From the UHGV virus genome UHGV-0308199: DNA of 48,244 nt. The stretch is one strand, 5' to 3'. The notes under the pieces are model-generated. The model searched no databases. It saw only the letters and a program-made list of their open reading frames with translations, and was not told the DNA's origin. Origin of the DNA: a virus. This document shows positions 1 through 8,541 of the stretch, one piece after another. Position 1 is the stretch's first letter, and every line of letters starts with the position of its first letter. Position numbers and translations under genes: made by a program.

Positions 1-258
1 CAACAAACCTAATGCAGTCTTTAGTTTACAAATTGTTACATATATTATTCGTCAAATTTCATTATTATCAGAGATTAACAAGCATTGGCAAAGGTTGTCA
101 CTCAGTAATACTCACCATTATTAACTATTATTCACCATTATTTAGTATTCAAATTCTTTGAATGAGTTTGAAAGTGCCAGTCTTTACGTATTAATTCTTC
201 TGTGCAAGTATATATACACCCAATAGAGACTAATTAAGTCTTAGTATAAATATCTAAT

Positions 259-501
259 GTGAAGGACATAGCCATGAGCTTATTGCCTCGGGAAAACGCA
301 CCCCAAAAAAGATATAGACTTCTGAGAATATCAGAAGTGATTAATTTGACTGGCTTACCCAAGTCAACAATTTATCTAAAGATAAAGAATGATGAATTTC
401 CGAACCAAGTTTCTATCGGTTCTCGTTCTGTTGCATGGGTGGAGCATGAAGTTAATGAATGGATAGAGAAGAATATTCTCAATAGAAAATTAAACTCCTA
501 A
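259..501 (+). CDS. alpA: AlpA-family phage transcriptional regulator (HTH, excisionase-like)
   Basis: 80 aa; RLLRISEVINLTGLPKSTIYLKIKNDEFP...GSRSVAWVEHEVNEWI matches AlpA/Vis-type HTH pattern. Confidence 0.8.
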   Translation: MKDIAMSLLPRENAPQKRYRLLRISEVINLTGLPKSTIYLKIKNDEFPNQVSIGSRSVAWVEHEVNEWIEKNILNRKLNS

Positions 502-518
502 ATTGAGGTGGCAAATAT

Positions 519-1379
519 ATGGTTGACAATGTTTTTAAGAAGAAATTGGCATCAATTAAGAACGAACATGTGTCGGTGTTAGATAGTTACAAAGTAAGAT
601 CATTTAAAGAGACTCATAGCGACACGGCCTGTATTGTGCGTATTATTGAAATATATTCACTGAATAAGCTGCGAGCTAAAGGTGAAAAGCTGTATTCACT
701 TACGGGGTTAACAGTACCTGATACGGAAACTGTGGCGAATGAGATCAACCTGCTCCTGAGCCGTTATGCCCAGTTGTGTCGTCAGGAAGAGGAAGAGTTA
801 TCTTTCCGGCAGCGTGAAGTGACAAATGCGGAAGTTGCATGGAAAAGCACATTCTCAAAAAACGGCGTCAGTAGCATTGCTGAAGCCAAAACGAATAAAA
901 TGGGGCATGCTGAACGAGCGGATGCTGAACGGTATTACCATCTGGCTGTTTCCCGGTTGAATGAACAACATAGTCGATTGAGCACGATCAAGCTTTTGCC
1001 GGGAGTACTGGCCGATGAAGGAAACTACATTGGGAAGGGAATCGATAAGCGTTTACTGAATATATTTCCTCAATCCGGCCAGATCCCTGCTGATTTTATT
1101 TCTGTATTTAATGACAGTGACGTTGTCCGTGATATTAAATTTATTACTGATGCACTCAAGTCTTTATCTGATTCCGTGAGTGAAATTATTAGTCGTTGTA
1201 GCGTTCCAACTGATCGTTATGTATTAAATAACGGTGGAATGGCAAGAGCTATGGCTTACAGGGAGTACTATCGAGCAGATAATTATGTATTACGTTCAGT
1301 CGTAAGTGACCGGGATTATGTTGAGCATGTAATGAAATACAATCTGGTTACTGAGTACAAAAATAAAATCTTTTCTTAA
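519..1379 (+). CDS. hypothetical protein upstream of capsid-like gene
   Basis: 286 aa ORF, co-oriented, 17 nt after alpA; no motif recognised. Confidence 0.5.
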   Translation: MVDNVFKKKLASIKNEHVSVLDSYKVRSFKETHSDTACIVRIIEIYSLNKLRAKGEKLYSLTGLTVPDTETVANEINLLLSRYAQLCRQEEEELSFRQREVTNAEVAWKSTFSKNGVSSIAEAKTNKMGHAERADAERYYHLAVSRLNEQHSRLSTIKLLPGVLADEGNYIGKGIDKRLLNIFPQSGQIPADFISVFNDSDVVRDIKFITDALKSLSDSVSEIISRCSVPTDRYVLNNGGMARAMAYREYYRADNYVLRSVVSDRDYVEHVMKYNLVTEYKNKIFS

Positions 1380-1401
1380 ATACTTAAAAAGGTGAAAAAC
1401 T

Positions 1402-2406
1402 ATGTATGCCTTCAAAACTGAAAGGCCGGACGCAGCACGTCGTTATCATAATAAATTCGTCACTGGCACTAACTATCAGGAAGAATCAAACAGACGCTTT
1501 GCATTAAGCGAACCTACTGAAAATATACTGCGTACCTCAATTCTGGAATCCGGGTGGCTTATTAAAAATATTACCCTACGTGATGTTAACGCCGTGTCAG
1601 GTAATGCCGTCAATATTGGTGCCAGTGAACTGTATACCGGACGTGTGGATGGTGGCCGTTTCCACAAAAAAATGGCAATCAATGGTACGGAGTTCTTTCT
1701 GACAGAGACGGATACCTGCGCCCGGATCAGCTATTCCGATATGTCTCATATTTACCATACCGGCGTGCCGGATGAGTTTGAGAAAACGGTTGAGAGCTTT
1801 TTTGCCCAGGCATATGCGCTGGACATGCTGCGGGTCGGTTTCAACGGTGTGTCGATTGCAAATACTACAAACCCGGAAATCAATAAAAAAGGCGAGGATG
1901 TCAATATTGGCTGGCATGCACTGGCGAAAGCCTACGGGAACGGAAAGCAAATCATCTCTGAGCCTGTCACTCTGGGAGAGACTGGCACCTGGAAAAATAT
2001 TGATGCTCTGGCCAACCATCTGATTACAGAGCTTATTGCTGAGCAGTTTCGTGAAGATCCTCGTCTGGTTGTACTGGTTGGGGCAGAGCTGGCAGCACAT
2101 CAACGCCTGAAGTTATTTAATGCCGCAGACCGCCCGTCTGATGTGAATGCGGCACAGATGGCTACAAGTTCTGTTGCTGGCCGCTTTGCGTTTATTCCCC
2201 CGTTTATGCCGGGTAAGCGTCTGGCAGTAACGACGCTGGATAATCTGCATATTTACACTCAGGCGATAACACGCTGGTTTCGTGCTGAGTTTGATGATGA
2301 AAGCAGTGAATACGTGCATTCCTACCTGCGCAATGAAGGTTATGCACTCGGTGAACCTGAACTGTACGCGGCTGTTGATGAGTGCACCCTGACGTTTGCG
2401 GATTGA
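1402..2406 (+). CDS. P2-family major capsid protein (gpN)-like
   Basis: 334 aa; segments MLRVGFNGVS, DVNIGWHAL, EDPRLVVLVGAELAA, LDNLHIY fall in the same order as conserved blocks I recall from P2 gpN; from memory, not searched. Confidence 0.5.
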   Translation: MYAFKTERPDAARRYHNKFVTGTNYQEESNRRFALSEPTENILRTSILESGWLIKNITLRDVNAVSGNAVNIGASELYTGRVDGGRFHKKMAINGTEFFLTETDTCARISYSDMSHIYHTGVPDEFEKTVESFFAQAYALDMLRVGFNGVSIANTTNPEINKKGEDVNIGWHALAKAYGNGKQIISEPVTLGETGTWKNIDALANHLITELIAEQFREDPRLVVLVGAELAAHQRLKLFNAADRPSDVNAAQMATSSVAGRFAFIPPFMPGKRLAVTTLDNLHIYTQAITRWFRAEFDDESSEYVHSYLRNEGYALGEPELYAAVDECTLTFAD

Positions 2407-2419
2407 CTTAGCGACAGAA

Positions 2420-2446
2420 AGACCCGCTCAGAGGCGGGTCTCGTTT
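2420..2446 (+). terminator. hairpin after capsid-like gene (AGACCCGC-tcagag-GCGGGTCT, weak T tract)
   Basis: 8-bp stem immediately after the stop codon. Confidence 0.4.
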
Positions 2447-2544
2447 ACAGCATCAGGAAAAATGAAGAACTATTTTTAAGCAGAGGCTTAAGCATGCCAG
2501 CGTTAATTAATCCAGGCAATGATCAGTTTTCGGTTATAAATTTC

Positions 2545-2880
2545 TTGCCTCACCAGGAATGCGCGGGATATAGTTTAAAGGTTGCCGCAAAATCGGCAGC
2601 CGGGCGTAGGAACCCGTGTTATCTGAAGGCGATACTACACGCGCTAGGCGTGTTTTTTTGTGTCGCAGCTTTGACTCACCTAAAATTTATGGTGTGGTGG
2701 CTGATTGTATTTTTTTATTTTTTACGCCACATCATCAGAATTATGGTAGTCCAGGCGGGGCAGCTTTCGGGCTGGCCGGTATCCTTCAGAGCCGGTATTC
2801 CTACCCCCGTCTGGGCTACCACCCATGAGCGTAGGAACTCCGGTGGTAGCGTTACCCGCTATCTGAAGGAGGTTGCCATT
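2545..2880 (+). promoter_or_regulatory. structured leader: sigma70-like promoter (TTGCCT-18-TATAGT, 2545-2574), direct repeats GCGTAGGAAC...TATCTGAAGG (2604-2629 and 2829-2872) and an intrinsic terminator (2637-2660)
   Basis: Read directly; second repeat copy supplies GAAGGAGG RBS for the ATG at 2881; ORF-track ORF 2494..3084 is low-complexity over this stretch. Confidence 0.4.
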
Positions 2881-3084
2881 ATGGCTACAGTCCCTGCTTT
2901 ATCTCACCCTGAATTTACCTTTGTCTTTCTGGCTGTCCGCCGTACAGACCGTGATGCCCGTCCACGCCCTGTGCGTGTAATCGCAGAATGCGAGCATGCT
3001 GCACGCCTTAAACTTGCCACTGAATTTATCCTGAGCTTTGCTGCCCGTATCCCTGTGAAAAGAGCCGGGGAGGTGGTTGCATGA
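2881..3084 (+). CDS. small hypothetical protein (67 aa) downstream of the leader
   Basis: ATG at 2881 with GAAGGAGG RBS 9 nt upstream; in frame with 3' part of track ORF 2494..3084. Confidence 0.4.
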   Translation: MATVPALSHPEFTFVFLAVRRTDRDARPRPVRVIAECEHAARLKLATEFILSFAARIPVKRAGEVVA

Positions 3085-3317
3085 AATCCATGAATTTTAA
3101 GCAAGGCTGCATATTGAGTGAACAGGGGGAGAGTCGTCTGTTACGGGCGGCACTGGCCAGTGAGTTTCTTGCAGAGGTCTTGTCCGTGCCCACAGTGAAT
3201 GGAGCGAGAACTGTTTCAGCGGAAGGCGCTGCGGCTTTAGTGGCCTGTATTGCCGAACAACTGGATGGCGTTGTTAAGGAAACCAGCACAATTAAGGGAG
3301 TGATGCGCGATGAATAA
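3081..3317 (+). CDS. hypothetical protein
   Basis: 78 aa; start overlaps upstream stop (ATGA). Confidence 0.45.
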   Translation: MKSMNFKQGCILSEQGESRLLRAALASEFLAEVLSVPTVNGARTVSAEGAAALVACIAEQLDGVVKETSTIKGVMRDE

Positions 3318-3720
3318 TAATCAAAATTTAAAGGCGCATGCTTTACGAACAGCAGTCTTACGCTACTACATTGCTGATGCATTCATTTCCTTAATGGTGC
3401 GTGTTCATAATGAACCTGTTTATATTGAAGATGGCGAACGAATAGAACTCTCCCACGAAAAAGTGGTGAGTAATATTATTTACCATATTGAAATGCCGTG
3501 GGTGAATGAGTTTGGGGCTGATGCTGGTTGCATACTGGCCGCAGAGAAACTGGAAAAAATGCTTAAACCAGGCTTTATGTCAGAAAATATTCGCCTGTCA
3601 GTTTTTGGTGTCACAGAGATGCGTGAGGTTTACCGGGATATTATTTTCGGAGCACCTGATGGCGAACTACCCGAAGGTTTTGAATTTGTGAAGCCGGAAG
3701 GTCAGGAGGTGCTGCTGTGA
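3310..3720 (+). CDS. hypothetical protein
   Basis: 136 aa; stop overlaps primase GTG start. Confidence 0.5.
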   Translation: MNNNQNLKAHALRTAVLRYYIADAFISLMVRVHNEPVYIEDGERIELSHEKVVSNIIYHIEMPWVNEFGADAGCILAAEKLEKMLKPGFMSENIRLSVFGVTEMREVYRDIIFGAPDGELPEGFEFVKPEGQEVLL

Positions 3721-6404
3721 AAACACCGTCTGTATCCACGATTTCCGGAGCTGCAATTGGGCGCTGGCCTTATATCCTGTCAGCATTAGGTATTAAAGTA
3801 CCGTCCGCAGGACATCATGGGGCTTGCCCTGCCTGTGGTGGAAAAGATCGTTTTCGACTGGACGATAAAGCGGGGCGAGGGACGTGGTTTTGTAATCAGT
3901 GCGGTCATGGCGATGGTCTTGATCTGGTTCGTCTGGTGACAGGAAGAAAGATAAAAGAAGTCGCCGGGATGGTATCTGAGGCGCTTGCATTACCAGAAAT
4001 ACAGGAGAAGCCCGCATTGCCAGCCAGGAAAAAGGCCGCAGGAAAAGAAGCGGGCGCGGAGCGATATACCAGACTCAGACAGCAGTCCTGCAATGGTGAG
4101 CCGGTCTATCTGACAAATAAGAGCTTACACGGGTATTCACTTCCCTTGCTGTCACAGCCTTTGAATCTGGCCGGAATAACATTTTCCACCGGTTCATTAC
4201 TGCTGCCTTTGACGGATATTTCCGGGAATATTACTGGTGGCCAGCTTATCAATCCTGACGGGGATAAAAGTCTGCTGCCCGGTAGCCAGCTGTCTGGCGC
4301 ATTCATTGCCCTGACCGATATACCCGCTGAAACACCTGAACAGGTGATTATCACTGAGGGTTTTGCCACGGCGCTTACCGTCAGTCTGCTGACTGAAGGA
4401 TGGATCGTGGCGGCTGTCGCTGCCACCAATTTACTGAAGGTGACGGAGCAGATCCGAAAACGCTGGCCGGAAACCCGGATCATTCTGGCCGGAGATAATG
4501 ATCTGGCTGACGGCAAAGAAAACACCGGGCGTATTCAGGCAGAGAAAGCCGCCAAAGCGGTGGATGGCTGGGTAACGCTCCCTCCGGTACGCCATAAGGC
4601 TGACTGGGATGATTATCGGCAGGAAGTGGGGAAAGAACGGGCGAGAGATGCCTTTCGTGAAGAAATGACGCTGCATGGCAAAGGGCAGACCCGTTTACCA
4701 GAAGGGTTCCGGCTGACAAAAGAATATTTGTGGTACGACAAGCTGGTTAATAAGTCTGATGGTGATACAGAGATACGTAATATCAAAATTTGCAGTCCGT
4801 TGCGGGTGACGGCAATCACCAGTGATGCTGATGGAAGTAATTACGGGCGTTTGCTGGAATGGGAAGATACCAACGGAAACAGCCGTAAATGGGCAATGCC
4901 GATGGAGATGCTGGGCGGTAGCGGGGAAGAACTGCGCCGCGTTCTGCTGGTTAACGGGCTTTCTTACATCAACATTAACGGCATGGCCAGAGCATTCCTG
5001 ATGGAATATATCTCGCTGTGTAAACCGGACAGAAAAGTAACCTGTGTGAATAAAACTGGCTGGCACGGCGGGGTTTACGTTCTCCAGGATGAAGTGATAG
5101 GGCGCGAAGCCCAGTCAGTCATCTTACAAACATCGAGTGTGCAGGGGCGTGATTTTCGTGTCAGCGGCACATCAGAGGGCTGGCGTGAAAATATAGGCCG
5201 TTATTGCATAAAGAATGCCCGTCTTGCCTTTGCGGTGAGTCTGGCATTTGCTGCCCCCCTTCTGAAACTGGTTGGTATCGGCGGTGGAGGTTATCACCTC
5301 AAAGGGGAATCCACAGACGGTAAAACCACGACGATGAAAGTGGCTGCATCAGTATGTGGTGGAACAGATTTCTGGCATACGTGGCGGGCGACGGGGAATG
5401 CCTTAGAAGGAACGGCGAGCCGCCGCAATGATGCCACGCTGATGCTGGATGAAATCCGGGAGGTTGACGGCAGGGAGGCGGGAAATATCGCTTATATGCT
5501 GGCTAACGGGCAGGGCAAAGCCAGAGCCAGAACAGATGGTTCGGTAAGGGAAACCAACCGCTGGAATCTGTTGTTTCTGTCTACCGGGGAACTGTCACTG
5601 GTAGAGCATGCGGCAAGCGCCGGGGAACGTACGTATGCCGGGGTTGAGGTCAGAATGATCCAGATCCCAAGCGATTCGGGCAAGTATGGCGTGTTTGAAG
5701 AACTTCATGGCTTCAGTAGCGGGAAAACCCTGGCTGAGCATCTTGAGCAGCACGTAGCGCATTATCATGGTGCACCATTCCGCGACTGGCTGTATTGCCT
5801 GACCGCTGATCTGCCGGAACTGACCAGTCAGGCGAAAGCCTTATTGAAAGAGTATACCCGAAGGCTGACGCCGGAAAATGCCGGGAATCAGGTTGGCCGG
5901 GCTGTTACCCGTTTTGCTCTGGTTGCGATGGCCGGGGAGCTGGCCACAAAAGCGGGCATCACAGGATGGCCGGAGGGAGAGGCCTTTCGTGCCGCTCAAA
6001 GCTGTCTGGCTGCATGGATGGCTGACCGGGGCCATACAGCTAATCAGGAAGATAAAGCGGCACTTGAACAGGTTCGGGACTTCATGACGCGTAATCAGTT
6101 CAGTCGGTTTGCTGACTGGAATGACGACAGGAACCGGCCTGTTTCAATGATGGGATTCAGAAAAGTCGATAAAGGAGACAACGTGACAGAGCCGGTTGTG
6201 ACGTTCTACGTTCTCCCGTCAGGCTGGAAGGAGATCTGTAAGGGATTTGACTCGCGTAAGGTGGCCAGGTTGTGTGTGGACGCGGGCTGGCTGAAACCCG
6301 GTGAAGATGGCCGGACGCAAAACAGCATTCGCCTGCCAGAAATAGGGCTTAAACGTGTGTACCAGTTCAATACACAGGTACTGGGAAGCGCTGAACCTGA
6401 GTGA
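3717..6404 (+). CDS. P4 alpha-type primase-helicase (zinc-binding, TOPRIM, P-loop NTPase)
   Basis: 895 aa; CPACGG...CNQCGH zinc motif, ITEG and AGDND TOPRIM motifs, Walker A GESTDGKTT; GTG start. Confidence 0.9.
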   Translation: MKTPSVSTISGAAIGRWPYILSALGIKVPSAGHHGACPACGGKDRFRLDDKAGRGTWFCNQCGHGDGLDLVRLVTGRKIKEVAGMVSEALALPEIQEKPALPARKKAAGKEAGAERYTRLRQQSCNGEPVYLTNKSLHGYSLPLLSQPLNLAGITFSTGSLLLPLTDISGNITGGQLINPDGDKSLLPGSQLSGAFIALTDIPAETPEQVIITEGFATALTVSLLTEGWIVAAVAATNLLKVTEQIRKRWPETRIILAGDNDLADGKENTGRIQAEKAAKAVDGWVTLPPVRHKADWDDYRQEVGKERARDAFREEMTLHGKGQTRLPEGFRLTKEYLWYDKLVNKSDGDTEIRNIKICSPLRVTAITSDADGSNYGRLLEWEDTNGNSRKWAMPMEMLGGSGEELRRVLLVNGLSYININGMARAFLMEYISLCKPDRKVTCVNKTGWHGGVYVLQDEVIGREAQSVILQTSSVQGRDFRVSGTSEGWRENIGRYCIKNARLAFAVSLAFAAPLLKLVGIGGGGYHLKGESTDGKTTTMKVAASVCGGTDFWHTWRATGNALEGTASRRNDATLMLDEIREVDGREAGNIAYMLANGQGKARARTDGSVRETNRWNLLFLSTGELSLVEHAASAGERTYAGVEVRMIQIPSDSGKYGVFEELHGFSSGKTLAEHLEQHVAHYHGAPFRDWLYCLTADLPELTSQAKALLKEYTRRLTPENAGNQVGRAVTRFALVAMAGELATKAGITGWPEGEAFRAAQSCLAAWMADRGHTANQEDKAALEQVRDFMTRNQFSRFADWNDDRNRPVSMMGFRKVDKGDNVTEPVVTFYVLPSGWKEICKGFDSRKVARLCVDAGWLKPGEDGRTQNSIRLPEIGLKRVYQFNTQVLGSAEPE

Positions 6405-6419
6405 TTATCGCGTGAGTCT

Positions 6420-6625
6420 TATTTTTATGAGGTAACACTGGTAACAGAGGTAACACCCGTTACTGATGCGGTTCTTCAGTGTTACCAGTCAAAAATACTG
6501 ACTGGTAACAGAGGTAACAAAAAATGGTGTGTTACCACGCGTTACCTCTTGATTTTGCTAACTGGTAACAGATTAAATCCTTTTAAATCAATAGCGTTAC
6601 ACGTGTTACCAGTGTTACACGTTCA
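6420..6625. repeat. iteron array, candidate replication origin
   Basis: At least 10 copies of GGTAACA / TGTTACC in both orientations within ~200 bp just after the primase gene. Confidence 0.7.
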
Positions 6626-6686
6626 GAACAAGAGGTAGGGATCCAAATCCCTTCTTCTGGCGGGCAACAGTATAGGGCACAGAACG

Positions 6687-6959
6687 ATGAAGATGATGAG
6701 AATGTACTGCCCCACATGTCAGGCAGTAGCACGGATAGGTAAAACAAACAGGAAACACCCACAACTGTACGATGTGTACTGCTATTGCTCTAATGTGGAG
6801 TGCGGTCACTCGTTTGTGATGAATGTTGCTTTCTCCCATTCCGTTAGTCCAAGCGCGCTGAACGGGCAGGGAAGGGTTAAAGAGCTGATTGATGCAATTC
6901 CACCCGAGGAACGGGAAAAGGCTTTAAAGTTGCTGCTGGCTGCGCAAAAGAATGGGTAA
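6687..6959 (+). CDS. ogr: Ogr/Delta-family zinc-finger late-gene activator
   Basis: 90 aa; CPTCQ...CYCSNVECGHSF C2-C2 zinc finger typical of P2 Ogr / P4 Delta. Confidence 0.8.
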   Translation: MKMMRMYCPTCQAVARIGKTNRKHPQLYDVYCYCSNVECGHSFVMNVAFSHSVSPSALNGQGRVKELIDAIPPEEREKALKLLLAAQKNG

Positions 6960-7638
6960 AGTATGCGTCGGGAATGGCCGATCTGTTCCCGGAACCTGAA
7001 CACAGGATTTCAGTTTATACGGTCATAAAATTATTATTTTTCAACTGGTTATCTTCTTCATGTTTCACAAACCTTCATAAAATCACACACCTAAAATTAA
7101 TTATCCATTTAATATCATAGAGTTGCGTATTCAGGCCATAGATTCGACGGACAGTAAAACTGAAAAAAAATGAATTTCTTTTCATTCTTTTCAGTTCCTG
7201 TATCGCAGTACATCTCGAGGACTGGCACGGACTGGCGGTATCGTTTGTAAAAAATCCAGGCTGAAAATTTTTAGTGATATGAAAACCGCAGGCGGGTGCG
7301 GTGTAGTGCCGTTTTGGTCTGTCGAGCGTATATTTTCCTTTTTCACGATTGCTGCATATCAAAACGAATGTGCAGATATCAGGCCGTGTCAAACCGTGAA
7401 TCGTGGAGCCTAAATGCCCAAACTACGTTTGTAGACCTAGCTAGGGGAAGGTTTCCACATATACTGCTACCTATCTTCCAGTCGCTGGTGAGGATCAAGG
7501 TAAGCTAACTGGTGAACAAGAAAAGTACTTTCGTATCTTGCGTACTCGTTTTTTTTGATTAGTATGTACAGGTAGTAACTGGATGGTGAGAATTCGTCAT
7601 AACTTATCAAATTGCATGATGTTTATAGAGTATGAGTA

Positions 7639-8520
7639 ATGAGTCATAATAAAAAGGAATATGCTAAATTTTTCCGTCGCCCCATTTTTTCATCCTTAGC
7701 AAAAGGTAAGGATATTTCGGATTTATTTGGGAGTTTTGATTCTTACTGCTATGAAACACTGTTTTCAAACAATGATAATAATGAACATGAGATTTCACTA
7801 AGGGATTTATTTACATCATTATATGATTTTTTGCGTCTGAATTATAGAAATGAATATGTTTATAAGACAGCACTTGTCAATAAAATAATATTCGGTAAGC
7901 ACAGCCCAAAAACAAGTTCGTCGTCCATAGAGTTACCAATTAAAAACTCTATAGTGGATGTTGCGGTGTTTAATGGTACGTCTACAGCTTACGAGATTAA
8001 GACAGAGTATGATTCACCAAAAAGGTTGATTACTCAAGCCCCTGATTATTTGGATGTTTTTGATAAAGTGTATATAGTTACACATCCAGAGTATGCAAGT
8101 AAATATTGTGCTTTAAATCTCCCCAGAGTGGGAGTTATGGTTTTGAATAAAAAAGATCAATTGAGTGTCATTAAGGAGGCAGATTCAAATATTGATTATA
8201 TTAAAAGTGACAGCTTGTTTTCAGTTCTTAGAAAGGAAGAGTTCTTAGCTATAATAGAAGATTACACTTCAACTAAAATAAATATGCCTAACGGATTGGT
8301 TTATGAATATTGTAAAGAGATATTCATGCAGATGCCATTAAACATAGCAAATAAATACTTTATCTCTGCTATGAAAAAAAGATGTAACGATAAAGTTTTT
8401 TTGGATTATATTTATTCTCTTCCAGCATGTTTACGTGTTTTAGGTTATGCAACACCATTATCAAGAAAGCAAAAAGAATTCATCATGAATTTGATGGATG
8501 TAAAAATTAAAATTTGTTGA
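7639..8520 (+). CDS. cargo protein A, predicted PD-(D/E)xK-fold nuclease-like (candidate defense component)
   Basis: 293 aa; ~30-33% GC by eye; IVDVAVFNGTSTAYEIKTE gives D-x12-E-x-K signature. Confidence 0.7.
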   Translation: MSHNKKEYAKFFRRPIFSSLAKGKDISDLFGSFDSYCYETLFSNNDNNEHEISLRDLFTSLYDFLRLNYRNEYVYKTALVNKIIFGKHSPKTSSSSIELPIKNSIVDVAVFNGTSTAYEIKTEYDSPKRLITQAPDYLDVFDKVYIVTHPEYASKYCALNLPRVGVMVLNKKDQLSVIKEADSNIDYIKSDSLFSVLRKEEFLAIIEDYTSTKINMPNGLVYEYCKEIFMQMPLNIANKYFISAMKKRCNDKVFLDYIYSLPACLRVLGYATPLSRKQKEFIMNLMDVKIKIC

Positions 8521-8541
8521 TATCCTCAGGAGTTGTAAGTT

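Noticed and set aside
1476-2319. Minus-strand ORFs overlapping the capsid-like gene
   Set aside because: Antisense to a gene with recognisable conserved motifs. The same reasoning applies to the many antisense ORFs inside primase, portal, coat, terminase and tailspike genes in the track.
2494-3084. 196-aa ORF from the track as a single CDS
   Set aside because: The 5' two-thirds is low-complexity and spans a promoter, direct repeats and an intrinsic terminator; only the 3' part (2881..3084, with a strong RBS) looks coding.
6420-6625. CRISPR array
   Set aside because: Repeat unit is only ~7 bp, occurs in both orientations with irregular spacing and has no spacer structure; consistent with origin iterons. 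No CRISPR-like array seen elsewhere in the window.
7075-7508. ORFs 7075..7392 (-) and 7296..7508 (+) in the AT-rich spacer; also tandem GGACTGGC at 7219-7236 as a cos or late-promoter element
   Set aside because: No RBS or recognisable protein features; I could not match the repeat to a P2/P4 cos or Ogr-dependent promoter from memory.
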